Source: Deltaproteobacteria bacterium (GTDB lineage Bacteria; Myxococcota; Kuafuiibacteriia; Kuafuiibacteriales; Kuafuiibacteriaceae). Taken from it: a stretch of 52,355 nt of DNA. The stretch lies in contig JAVJQW010000002.1 of the NCBI GenBank assembly GCA_040218735.1, forward strand, positions 1-52,355, written 5' to 3'. Below, one piece after another: positions 28,550-38,300 of the stretch. The notes under the pieces were generated by a model. The model did no database searches, was not told where the DNA came from, and saw nothing but the letters and a program-made list of their open reading frames with translations. Positions within the stretch are counted from its first letter, which is position 1. Each line of letters opens with the position of its first letter. A program made the translations under genes and the position numbers.

Positions 28550-30100
28550 CTAGTTGCAGGCGGCGCCTTGGAGGAGCTCGATCGGGTGCTGCTCCGGGTT
28601 CTCCTCGGTCGGCTCGGCCGCCACGAGGCACTGGCCGGCTTCCACGACGACCTCTGCGTTCGCCGCCTGCGAGGACAGCGAGAACCGACCGCGGAGCACC
28701 TCGAAGACCGACGCCGGGCCGCGCGACGGCTCGTCGTCGCCGGTCGTCGGCGCGTCCGAGATGCCCGCGAGGCGAATCGCCGGGTTGCTGTCGCCGTCGA
28801 GGCGCATCTGGATGCGGTCGGAGCTCAGGCCGGCCGGGATCTCCATCTCGTCGGCGAGGCTCGTGACGTCGAGGTCGATGACCAGGTCGATCAGCGGGCG
28901 CACCGCGAGGATGAAGCCGTCTTCGCTGCCGGTCAGCTCGGCGTCGAGCGAGCGACCGTTGCTGGCGTTGAGGTCCATCGAAAAGGTCTGCGCACCGTCG
29001 ATCTTCATCGTCATCGCGTCGTCGTAGCCGAGGTTCTCGACCTTGATCGTGTCACTCGCGTCGAGCGTCACCTTGCCGTGCGCGCCGGGGATGTGCAGCT
29101 CCATCGCGCCGTCGAACGGGCTGGGCTCGGTCTCGCAGATCGTCTCGCCGTCGGGGCCCGTCGTGCAGATCGTCGAACCGCCGATCGCGCCGAGCGGGAG
29201 CGACACGTCGATCGCGCCGCTGTCGGTCTCCATGACCAGCGTCTGGTTGTTGCCGTCGATGCGCATCGAAGAGAGCGGCGACGCCACGCCGACGTTCACC
29301 GAGAGCGCCTCGCCTTCGATGTTCATCGCGACCTTCACCGGCGCGAGGATCGACGTCGCGACCGTGTAGTCGAGCTCGCGGTTCTCGCGGATCTCGAAGC
29401 GCACCTTGCCGCTCAGCTCACCGTCGAGCCCCTCGATCGGCTCGCCGAGGATCGACGAGATGATCTCGGCCGACCGCACGGCCGCGCCGATGTCGAGCTG
29501 CGTCGCGAGCTGCCTTCGGTACAGCTCGAGCGTCACCGGACGGAGCGCCGCGGCGCCGACCAGGAGCGCGACGTCGATGTCACCCTCGGTACGCTGCGTC
29601 AGCTCGAGGCGAATCGGGTCCGCGGCGAGGCGCGTCGCGCAGTCGGCGTCGATGATGGGGTCGCCGGCGTCGTCCGTGCCGTTCGCGCAGAACGCTTCGG
29701 CCTTCAGGCTCAGCACGACCTTCGTCGGATCGCTCGTCTCGACGTTGGTCTCGTTCAGGACCCGCTCGGCCATCATGTCGGCCATCGCGGTCGCGCGCTC
29801 TTCGAGCGTCTGGGGGTCGGGCTGCTCGCAGTTGCCTTCGGGGTCGCAGGGGATGGCGCCGTCGCCGTTCAACAGGCCGCCGAAGAAGTCGGAGCTCTCC
29901 AGGAACAGGCTGCTCTTTGCGACCCCCACGCTCATCGCGCGGAGGTTTGCGTTCGCGGCCGTCAGGGCGCTGCTGGATTCGATGGGGAGGAGAGGCTTGG
30001 GCTCGATGTGACCGTCGTCGTCGCCAGGGCCCGGGCAGGCGAGGAGGGTCGCCGCACCGGCGACGAGGAGTGTGCTGCGGAGTATCGCGCTTCGAATCAT
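28550..30100 (-). CDS. Hypothetical lipoprotein
   Basis: MIRSAIL...LLAC lipobox; strong coding bias. Confidence 0.8.
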   Translation of the reverse strand: MIRSAILRSTLLVAGAATLLACPGPGDDDGHIEPKPLLPIESSSALTAANANLRAMSVGVAKSSLFLESSDFFGGLLNGDGAIPCDPEGNCEQPDPQTLEERATAMADMMAERVLNETNVETSDPTKVVLSLKAEAFCANGTDDAGDPIIDADCATRLAADPIRLELTQRTEGDIDVALLVGAAALRPVTLELYRRQLATQLDIGAAVRSAEIISSILGEPIEGLDGELSGKVRFEIRENRELDYTVATSILAPVKVAMNIEGEALSVNVGVASPLSSMRIDGNNQTLVMETDSGAIDVSLPLGAIGGSTICTTGPDGETICETEPSPFDGAMELHIPGAHGKVTLDASDTIKVENLGYDDAMTMKIDGAQTFSMDLNASNGRSLDAELTGSEDGFILAVRPLIDLVIDLDVTSLADEMEIPAGLSSDRIQMRLDGDSNPAIRLAGISDAPTTGDDEPSRGPASVFEVLRGRFSLSSQAANAEVVVEAGQCLVAAEPTEENPEQHPIELLQGAACN

Positions 30101-30114
30101 CGGGCCGGCGTAGG

Positions 30115-30131
30115 AGCAACCGGCGGGCCAA
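30115..30131 (-). promoter_or_regulatory. Sigma-54 (-24/-12) promoter
   Basis: Minus strand TTGGCCCGCCGGTTGCT, close to consensus TGGCACG-N4-TTGC, 15 nt from the GC to the ATG at 30100. Confidence 0.7.
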
Positions 30132-30224
30132 CGCCCGAGACACCGAGGATTCGTCCGGACCGAGTCGCGGACGCGACAGTCGCGCCGGCTCGCCTGTGCC
30201 GGCGCGGCACGATCCGCGATCGCG

Positions 30225-30674
<450 letters not shown>

Positions 30675-30679
30675 GAGTC

Positions 30680-31459
30680 CTAGTTGCAGTTCGAGCGGTC
30701 GGCGATGTTGGCCAGCGCCGACAGAATGAGATCACGAGATTCCGCGAGGTCGTCGAGGTCGTTGATGGTCGAGCCCTCGGAGGTCAGCGGCGGCATCCCG
30801 TTGTAGTTGCGGGTGAGGCCGTCGAGTTGCTCCTTGGTGAACACGTGGACCTCGGCGCCGATGCGCTCGAGGCCCGCCGCGACCTGCGGATAGGTGGAGA
30901 AGACCGGGAGGTTCGTCGAGAGCACCGTCGGCGCCTCCGCGAACGGGGCGTCCGTCGCGATGATCACCTGGATGACGTCCGCCGCCGGGTCGGCGTCGAC
31001 CACGCTCTGCAGGGCGTCGAGCAGGTTCTCCTCGGTCTCCGCGTTGCGGACCTGGCGCGTGAGGTTCTGCTCGTTCGCGCCCGCCTCGATCGCCTGCTCG
31101 AAGGCACCTTGCACCGCGATCGGGCTGGTCATGCGGCGGCTCAACCCATCCGGGAACCAACGCACGTCGTTCACGAACGCGACGACGTAGTACTCGACGA
31201 ACACCGGCGTGTCCTGGCTGTCCGTCTCCGGGAACGACGCCGCGAACGCCTGCAGCTGACTCGCGAGGTCCTCCAGGAACCGAACCATGGAGCCCGAGAC
31301 GTCGATGACGAAGTAGACCTGGTAGGTCCGCGGCGTCTCGTCGACGAGGCACCCGCCGTCCCGCGGCGCCTCCACGGTGACGAGCGGCGTCGTCTCGCCG
31401 GTGCAGCCGGCCACCGCGAGCGCGGCGGTCAGCGCGATGATGGGTGCTCGGTGGTCCAC
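30680..31459 (-). CDS. VWA-domain lipoprotein
   Basis: Lipobox VAGC; MIDAS DVSGS...TDA. Confidence 0.8.
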   Translation of the reverse strand: MDHRAPIIALTAALAVAGCTGETTPLVTVEAPRDGGCLVDETPRTYQVYFVIDVSGSMVRFLEDLASQLQAFAASFPETDSQDTPVFVEYYVVAFVNDVRWFPDGLSRRMTSPIAVQGAFEQAIEAGANEQNLTRQVRNAETEENLLDALQSVVDADPAADVIQVIIATDAPFAEAPTVLSTNLPVFSTYPQVAAGLERIGAEVHVFTKEQLDGLTRNYNGMPPLTSEGSTINDLDDLAESRDLILSALANIADRSNCN

Positions 31460-31464
31460 GTCCC

Positions 31465-32439
31465 TTACTCTTGGGTCTCCAGCCAGCGCTCGCAGTCGAT
31501 CGCCGCCATACATCCACTACCGGCGGCGGTGATGGCCTGGCGGTAGACATGATCCTGCACGTCGCCGCACGCAAACACTCCGGGCAACGACGTACGGGAA
31601 GAACCCTTCTCCACCTTCAGATACCCGGTGTCCTCCAGGTCCAGCTGACCCTGGAACAACTCGGTGTTGGGTTTGTGACCGATGGCCACGAAGAAGCCGT
31701 CGCACTCCATCTCGCGCTGCTCGCCGGTGTTCGTGTCCTCGAGCTTCAGGCCGGTCAGGCCACCTGGCGCGCCGGGCTTCTCGGGCCGGGTCCCGAGCGC
31801 CTCGACCACCTGCGTGTTCCAGATGAAGTCGATCTTCGGGTTCTTCTCCGCGCGGTCGGCCATGACCTTCGAAGCGCGGAGCGCCTCGCGGCGGTGGATG
31901 ATCGTCACCGACTTCGCGAACTTGGTGAGGAACGTGGCCTCCTCCATCGCGGTGTCGCCGCCGCCGACGACCACGACCTTCTTGTCGCGGAAGAACGCGC
32001 CGTCGCAGGTCGCGCACGCCGAGACGCCGTAACCCATCAGCTCGCGCTCGCCGGGGATCTCGAGGAGCTTGGCGACCGCGCCGGTCGCGACGATCAGGGC
32101 CTCGCACTCGTAGGTGGGGGTGCCTTCGACCTCCAGCACGAACGGGCGCTTCGACAGGTCCGCCTTGGTGACGAAGCCGTGCACGATCTTGGTCCCGAAC
32201 CGCTCCGCCTGCTTGCGGAACTTGTCCATGAGCTCCGGCCCCATGATCCCCTCCGGGAAGCCGGGGTAGTTCTCGACGTCGGTCGTGATCATGAGCTGCC
32301 CGCCCGGGAGGACGGACTGGTTGCCCGGGATGAAGCCGCCCTCGATGAGGACGGGCTCGAGGTTCGCGCGCGACGCGTACAGCGCCGCGGTGTAGCCGGC
32401 CGGACCGCTGCCGATGATGATGACCTTCGCCTTCTCCAC
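31465..32439 (-). CDS. trxB: Thioredoxin-disulfide reductase
   Basis: GSGPAGYTA, GGQL..TT.VENYPGF, CATC, GGGDTA.EE, GDV.D..YRQAITAAG; GTG start with GGAG upstream. Confidence 0.97.
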   Translation of the reverse strand: MEKAKVIIIGSGPAGYTAALYASRANLEPVLIEGGFIPGNQSVLPGGQLMITTDVENYPGFPEGIMGPELMDKFRKQAERFGTKIVHGFVTKADLSKRPFVLEVEGTPTYECEALIVATGAVAKLLEIPGERELMGYGVSACATCDGAFFRDKKVVVVGGGDTAMEEATFLTKFAKSVTIIHRREALRASKVMADRAEKNPKIDFIWNTQVVEALGTRPEKPGAPGGLTGLKLEDTNTGEQREMECDGFFVAIGHKPNTELFQGQLDLEDTGYLKVEKGSSRTSLPGVFACGDVQDHVYRQAITAAGSGCMAAIDCERWLETQE

Positions 32440-32550
32440 GATTCGGCTCCGGTAGCATCGCAGGACGCACACGATCAATCACTTGGGGCGCGCGCGATCA
32501 CGTTCGGCGGCGACGTTGTCGCACCGCCGCCCAGTCCCCATGCTGAAGGG

Positions 32551-33027
32551 GTGAAGAAGGCTCTCGTCCTCGGCGCTCTCGCCCTCGCGCTCGCCCCGGA
32601 AGCCGCCCACGCGGCGAATTCCGTCGGCCTCGGTGTCGGGGCTGGCGTCGCGGTCCCGCACGGTCAGGCCCTGCGGACGGACGCGGCGCTCAACTGGGGC
32701 TTCCACGTCGACATCCCGATCCTCGACTCCTTCGCGATCTCCCCGTCCACGTACCTGTACCGCGTGAACGGCGCCTCGGCGACGGACGTCTCCGTCAACT
32801 TCAAGTTCGTGATCCCGCTCGGCCGCCTCGACCTCTACGGCGGCGTCACCGCGGGCCTGACCAACATCGACCGCATCGAACCCCACGTCGGCGCCCTCGC
32901 GGGCGTGGAGCTGGTGCTCGTCAGCAACCTCGACCTCTTCGTCCAGGCGAGCTACCGGACGATGCTCCAAGAGGGCGACGACACCCGCGACCTGATGGTG
33001 TTCGCCGGCCCGGTGTTTCGGTTCTAG
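32551..33027 (+). CDS. Small outer-membrane beta-barrel protein
   Basis: Signal peptide (AAHA), alternating amphipathic strands, C-terminal Phe. Confidence 0.75.
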   Translation: MKKALVLGALALALAPEAAHAANSVGLGVGAGVAVPHGQALRTDAALNWGFHVDIPILDSFAISPSTYLYRVNGASATDVSVNFKFVIPLGRLDLYGGVTAGLTNIDRIEPHVGALAGVELVLVSNLDLFVQASYRTMLQEGDDTRDLMVFAGPVFRF

Positions 33028-33047
33028 GCTGAGCCTCCGGCTACACG

Positions 33048-33272
33048 GTGCGATTCGGCGAGGACGCTACGGAGATCGCGAAGAGCGCCGAGGGTTACGA
33101 CGTCGCCGCGTTGTCGCGCGCGGTGGAGGACGCGCGGCGCCGGCACCCCGACGTGGTCGCCGTGACCGTCGCGAGCGAGGACCGCGTGCCCTACCAGGCG
33201 CTGATCACCGTCATGGACACGTGCCTCGGGCACGGCTTCGACGGCATCGTCGTCGACGGCATCGACAGCTGA
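33048..33272 (+). pseudogene. ExbD/TolR-like periplasmic-domain fragment without TM anchor
   Basis: VTVASEDRVPYQALITVMD...GF matches the ExbD C-terminal domain; only 74 aa, no N-terminal TM or ExbB neighbour. Confidence 0.55.
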
Positions 33273-33372
33273 CGCATTTTGTCGGGAAGGGTCGCGCTGC
33301 GGCGGCCACTCACGGGTGGAGTACGACGCGAACGTCGCCCCGCTCGGCCCGCGAGCCCAATCCGATCCCCCC

Positions 33373-33927
33373 TCAACGGTCGAGCGGGGCGTCGCACGTG
33401 TCTCTCAGCGCGCAGTCCGCGCACGCGCCGCCGCGCCAGATGGTCTCGTAGTAGGCCTGGACGTCGTCGAGCATCTGCTCGTCTTCGGTGACGACGCCGA
33501 GCTCGAAGTTGCGCTTCTTCGATGAGCGCACGCCGAGCCCCGCGCCCGTCCAGTTCGCCGAGCCGAGGTAGAGGAAGCGGCCGTCGACGATGACCGCTTT
33601 GAAGTGCACGCGCGGGCACAGTCGAAGCTCGAGGCCGCCCTCGAGGAGGTCGGGCTCCTCGTCGAACGCTTCGCGGAACGGGCGCGACGGGAGCTCGGCG
33701 TGGAGGATGCGCAGCTCGACGCCGCGGCGGGCGAGCGAGGCGAGCACCGAGAGCATCGATTCGTAGCGACGTCCGCGGGTGCCTTCGACCATGAGGGATT
33801 TCAGGTTGGCGGTGGCGATCCACACGCTGACCTGAGCGTGGAGGACCTCCTCGATCACCCGCTCGTAGTGCCCCCGTCCGCCGATGAGGCGAAGCGGCAC
33901 GGCGCGCTCGGGGGTCGCGAAATCCAC
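33373..33927 (-). CDS. Phospholipase D-like domain protein (single HKD)
   Basis: HFKAVIVD...GSANWT...NFELG; C-terminal CADC...C. Confidence 0.88.
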   Translation of the reverse strand: MDFATPERAVPLRLIGGRGHYERVIEEVLHAQVSVWIATANLKSLMVEGTRGRRYESMLSVLASLARRGVELRILHAELPSRPFREAFDEEPDLLEGGLELRLCPRVHFKAVIVDGRFLYLGSANWTGAGLGVRSSKKRNFELGVVTEDEQMLDDVQAYYETIWRGGACADCALRDTCDAPLDR

Positions 33928-34037
33928 GGCGAATCACCGTGGCACCGGCCGGTGGGGCCCGCAAGAATTCGGGCTGTTGGGCCTCGCGTAAGAGAACTGT
34001 AAGAGAGCGCTGGGGCCTCGGTCGCTAGGGTGGAACC

Positions 34038-34958
34038 ATGGCGACGCGGATCGACTTCCAAGGAATGGACCCCTACCTCCTCGAGATGCTGGACCCCTTC
34101 AGGGCCGGCTTCGAGATCTCGGCGGAGGAGCTGCCGGAGGAGGCCGCACAGATCCTCCAGGAGCGGCAAGCCGAGTTCGGCGACACGATCGACTCCAAGG
34201 AGGAGCTGCGCTCGCTCTTCGAGGCGCTGCAGGCGACGGGCGCGGCACCCGAGGGGCTCGAGCTCCCGGCCGGCAACGAGTTGCAGAACCTCTCCTCGGC
34301 CGAGATGCTCCAGCTGCTGATCGACTGGGTGGCGAACGGCGGCCCGCAGCGCGAGAAGCAGAACCAGGCACCGCGGATGCACCCCGGGCTGCCCGCGCAG
34401 ACCGCGCCGATCCAGGCGGCGCCCGCGTGGAACCCGGCGACCTCCGGAGGTGGCGGCGGCGGGCACGGCGGCGGCGGCCACACACACGGCGGCGGTTCGG
34501 CGCCGACGTCCACGGCGCCCGCCGGGACGGTGCAGACCGACGTTCGTCCGCCGAACGGTGAGACGGTCATGCCGCTGCCCGAGCAGTACATGGACCTGAA
34601 CGACCACGACTTCGGCGAGGACCGCGGCACCCACGCGCACGCGGGTGAGGACTGGGGCGCGCCGACGGGCACGCCGATCTACGCGGCGGCGGACGGCGAG
34701 ATTGCATCGATCGGTCCGAACGGCGCCTACGGCAACCTCGTCACGGTCCGCCACGACGACGGCACCGAGACGCGCTACGCGCACATGAGCGCGTTCGGTC
34801 AGGGCCTCGAGGTCGGCGACCGCGTCGGCGCGGGGACGGTGCTCGGCGCCGTCGGCAACACGGGCCGCAGCACCGGCCCGCACCTGCACTTCGAAGTGCG
34901 CCAGAACGGTCAGCCCGTGCCGCCGAACGAGTGGCTGCAGGGCGCGACGTACGCGTAG
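34038..34958 (+). CDS. M23 family metallopeptidase
   Basis: HAGED (HxxxD), YAHM, GNTGRSTGPHLHFEV. Confidence 0.9.
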   Translation: MATRIDFQGMDPYLLEMLDPFRAGFEISAEELPEEAAQILQERQAEFGDTIDSKEELRSLFEALQATGAAPEGLELPAGNELQNLSSAEMLQLLIDWVANGGPQREKQNQAPRMHPGLPAQTAPIQAAPAWNPATSGGGGGGHGGGGHTHGGGSAPTSTAPAGTVQTDVRPPNGETVMPLPEQYMDLNDHDFGEDRGTHAHAGEDWGAPTGTPIYAAADGEIASIGPNGAYGNLVTVRHDDGTETRYAHMSAFGQGLEVGDRVGAGTVLGAVGNTGRSTGPHLHFEVRQNGQPVPPNEWLQGATYA

Positions 34959-34972
34959 GGGCGTTCGCGTCC

Positions 34973-35707
34973 TCAGGCCGCCAGGCGCGCCCAGACGCCG
35001 AACACGAGCTGGTCGATGTACGTCGCGTCGGCTTCTGCGCGTTCGGCGGTGAGGCGGGCGTCGAGGGTGTCGATGTCGACGTCTTCGGCGTCGACGCCGC
35101 TCGCGACGATCTTCGGCAGCATCCACCGGACGACGTCGGCGAGCGGGTGGTCCGTGGTGGGCGTGTGGACGAGCGCCTCCGCGCGAACGTCCGGCTGCAA
35201 CCCAGCCTGCGTGAAGACGCGGTAGAGATCGAAGCCGAAGTCGCGCGGCGTCTCCTTCGGCAGCGCGCCCCAGATCCAGTCGCGCACTTGGACGTGGAGG
35301 GGGAGCGGCGCGGAGCTCAGGGGCGGCATCGACACGTCGATCTCCTGGAACGCGATCACCCCGCCCGGGCGGACGTGGCTCGCGAGCCGTTTCACGGCGG
35401 CGACGGGATCGGCTTGGTACATGAGCACACGTCGACCGATCGCGGCGTCGAACGGCTCGTTCCATTCGAACGAATCGATCGTCGCGGCGACGAAGTCGAT
35501 GTTGTCGTGTCGTCGGTGCTCGCGCGCGAAGTCCACCCGGTCCGCTTCGCGGTCGAACGCGACGACGGATCCTTCGTCACCGACCAGCTCCGCCGCGAGC
35601 GCGGAGACCTTGCCGTGCCCGCAGCCCACGTCGAGGATACGCATGCCCGGTCCGAGCCCCGCGTCGAGGAGGAGGCGTCGCAGCATCTCGGCGGTCACGT
35701 CCGACAT
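34973..35707 (-). CDS. Class I SAM-dependent methyltransferase
   Basis: ILDVGCGHG, FDAAIGR, RPGG motifs. Confidence 0.9.
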   Translation of the reverse strand: MSDVTAEMLRRLLLDAGLGPGMRILDVGCGHGKVSALAAELVGDEGSVVAFDREADRVDFAREHRRHDNIDFVAATIDSFEWNEPFDAAIGRRVLMYQADPVAAVKRLASHVRPGGVIAFQEIDVSMPPLSSAPLPLHVQVRDWIWGALPKETPRDFGFDLYRVFTQAGLQPDVRAEALVHTPTTDHPLADVVRWMLPKIVASGVDAEDVDIDTLDARLTAERAEADATYIDQLVFGVWARLAA

Positions 35708-35786
35708 GGCGCCATGACAGCGTGTCCGCCCGGCGACCGCAATGCGGTGCCTTGACGCGGAACGGCCCCGGCGCGAGGTTGACGCC

Positions 35787-36329
35787 GTGAGGTGGTCGGT
35801 CGTCGTCGCGCTGCTCGGGCTCGTGGCCTGCGGTGGTAGTGCGCCGTCCGAGACGCTCGACGAGGGCGTGCCGAAGGCGTACTTCGACGGCGCGTGGCGC
35901 TACACCCGCACGTACGAGGGGACTGGGTTCGCCCCGCTCCGGCGCCATGTCCGCGTCACGATGCAGGAGCAGCTCGTCCTCTTCTACGAAGACGGGAGCG
36001 ACCACCGCGTCGTCTGGGCGCTCGGCATCGACGAACACACGCCGACGGATCGAGACTGCGACGAACGCCCGCTGACGTCGGTCATCGAGGACTACGCGTT
36101 GGGGTGCCCGTGGTACCTGCGGCCGAACGTGGTCCTCGATCCGCGCTCCGAGCTCTACGTCCTCGAGCTGTCGGATCCGCGGGTGACGGAGGAGGTGTCC
36201 GTGGAGCCGACTTCGTGGGAGCTCACGGACGATCACATGCTGTTCGTGCAGGACGTCGGGGTCGGCTTCCTGCACGACAGGGCGCCGCGCCTCGTCACCG
36301 TGCGCCACGACTTCGAACGCATCGACTGA
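35787..36329 (+). CDS. Hypothetical lipoprotein
   Basis: Lipobox LVAC after a GTG start. Confidence 0.65.
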   Translation: MRWSVVVALLGLVACGGSAPSETLDEGVPKAYFDGAWRYTRTYEGTGFAPLRRHVRVTMQEQLVLFYEDGSDHRVVWALGIDEHTPTDRDCDERPLTSVIEDYALGCPWYLRPNVVLDPRSELYVLELSDPRVTEEVSVEPTSWELTDDHMLFVQDVGVGFLHDRAPRLVTVRHDFERID

Positions 36330-36333
36330 GCCG

Positions 36334-36822
36334 GTGGACATCCTCACCACCGAGCGCCTGGTGCTGAGACCCCAGCGCGCGGACGACGCTCCCTTCGTCC
36401 TCGCCCTCATGAACGACCCGGACTGGATCCGCTATATCGGCGACCGCGGGGTGCGCACCGTCGAAGACGCCAGGCGGTACATCCTCGACGGCGCCGTTCG
36501 GATGTACGCCGAGCACGGCCTCGGCTTGTACCTGGTGGAGGCCGCGGGGGAGCCGGTCGGGCTGTGTGGCCTCATCCACCGCGACTTCCTCCCCGACCCG
36601 GACCTCGGGTTTGCGTTCGCGGCGGCGCACCGTCGTCGCGGTTACGCGCGCGAGGCGAGTGAAGCGGTGCTGGCCGCGGCGCCCGCGCGGGTCGCGGCGA
36701 TCGTTACCGCGGACAACGAAGCATCGATTGCGCTGCTGGTATCGCTCGGGTTCACGCACCAGGGGCCCTTCGAATACCCCGGCGGCGACACGGTGCAGCT
36801 CTACTCGAGAACGAGCGCTTGA
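36334..36822 (+). CDS. GNAT (RimJ/RimL-type) N-acetyltransferase
   Basis: TERLVLR, DLGFAF...RRGYAREA, N.ASI.LL..LGF. Confidence 0.92.
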   Translation: MDILTTERLVLRPQRADDAPFVLALMNDPDWIRYIGDRGVRTVEDARRYILDGAVRMYAEHGLGLYLVEAAGEPVGLCGLIHRDFLPDPDLGFAFAAAHRRRGYAREASEAVLAAAPARVAAIVTADNEASIALLVSLGFTHQGPFEYPGGDTVQLYSRTSA

Positions 36823-36856
36823 ACATGCCCTCGCCGTGTGTGTACGAGGCGATGGC

Positions 36857-37891
36857 GTGACGTTCGTCGTCTACATCGTCGTGACGCTCGTCTCCGTCGC
36901 GCTCGTCTACAAGGGCAGTCAGCTCCTCGAGACGGCGGCCGAGCGGCTCGCGGTGCACTACCGCCTCCCGGACATCGTCACGGGCGCGATCGTCGTGGCG
37001 GTCGGGTCGAGTTTCCCGGAGCTGTCGACCACCGTGATCGCGACGCTGCGTCACGGTGAGTTCGAGCTCGGCGTCTCGGCGATCGTCGGCTCCGCGATCT
37101 TCAACATCCTCGTCATTCCGGGCCTCGCCGGCCTCGCGTCGAAGCAGCAGCTCGAGAGCAACCGCGACCTCGTCTACAAAGAGGCGCAGTTCTACATGCT
37201 GAGCGTCGCGGTGCTCCTCATCGCGTTTGCGTTCGCGGTCATCTACAACCCGACGAAGGGCGCCGACACCGAAGCGCTCACGGGCACGATGACCCGCGGC
37301 ATCGCGCTCATCCCGCTCGGGCTCTACGTCCTCTACGTCTTCGTGCAGTGGCAGGACACGATGGACTACGAGGCGGAGCACGTCCCGTCCGAAGTCGTCG
37401 CGTGGAAGGAGTGGCTGCGACTCCTCCTGAGCCTCGCGTTGATCCTCGTCGCGGTGGAGGGGCTGGTGACGTCGGCGCTCTTCTTCGGCGAGGCGCTCGG
37501 CACGCCGACCTACCTGTGGGGCATCACGGTCATCGCGGCGGGGACGAGCGTGCCCGACGCCTTCGTGAGTGTGCAGGCCGCCAAGCGCGGCAAGGCCGTC
37601 ACGGCGCTCGCCAACGTCCTGGGGAGCAACATCTTCGACCTGCTGGTGTGTGTCCCGGTCGGCGTGATGTTGGCGGGGACCACGGCCATCAACTTCTCGG
37701 TGGCGACGCCGATGATGGCGATCCTCACGCTGGCCACGCTCGCGCTGTTCCTGATGATGCGGACGGGGATGCGAATCACGCGGGCCGAGGCGTGGTTGCT
37801 GCTCGGGTTGTACGCGGCGTTCGTGGTGTGGATCAGCCTGGAGTCGCTCGGGACGATCGACACCGTCGTGAGCTTGCCGCCGGCCGAATGA
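36857..37891 (+). CDS. Sodium:calcium antiporter (CaCA family)
   Basis: Alpha repeats GSSFPE/GSAIFN and GTSVPD/GSNIFD; many TM helices. Confidence 0.92.
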   Translation: MTFVVYIVVTLVSVALVYKGSQLLETAAERLAVHYRLPDIVTGAIVVAVGSSFPELSTTVIATLRHGEFELGVSAIVGSAIFNILVIPGLAGLASKQQLESNRDLVYKEAQFYMLSVAVLLIAFAFAVIYNPTKGADTEALTGTMTRGIALIPLGLYVLYVFVQWQDTMDYEAEHVPSEVVAWKEWLRLLLSLALILVAVEGLVTSALFFGEALGTPTYLWGITVIAAGTSVPDAFVSVQAAKRGKAVTALANVLGSNIFDLLVCVPVGVMLAGTTAINFSVATPMMAILTLATLALFLMMRTGMRITRAEAWLLLGLYAAFVVWISLESLGTIDTVVSLPPAE

Positions 37892-37910
37892 ACGGCGTAC
37901 TCCCATCGGC

Positions 37911-38300
37911 ATGATGGGAAAGTTCCTCGGCCCGTTCGAGAAGCAGGCGTACGCGCTGATGCGGATCGTGACGGGGTTTCTGTTCTCGTTTCACGGCGCG
38001 CAGAAGGTGTTCGGGATCTTCGCGGACGGGACGCCTTCGATCGGTTCGCAGATCTGGATCGGCGGCGTCATCGAGCTGGTGTGCGGTGTGTTGATCGGGA
38101 TCGGTTTGTTCACGCGCCCGGCGGCGTTCCTGTCGAGCGGGACGATGGCGGTCGCGTACGCGCAGTTCCACTGGAAGTTTGCGTTCGACGAGAAGTTCCT
38201 GCCCGCGCTCAACAAGGGTGAGCTGGCGGTGGTCTATGCGTTTGTCTTCCTGTTCATCGCGTGCCGTGGCGGCGGCATCTGGAGCGTGAAGCGATCGTGA
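37911..38300 (+). CDS. DoxX family membrane protein
   Basis: RIVTGFLF..HG.QK, GLFTRPAAF, NKGELA. Confidence 0.92.
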   Translation: MMGKFLGPFEKQAYALMRIVTGFLFSFHGAQKVFGIFADGTPSIGSQIWIGGVIELVCGVLIGIGLFTRPAAFLSSGTMAVAYAQFHWKFAFDEKFLPALNKGELAVVYAFVFLFIACRGGGIWSVKRS

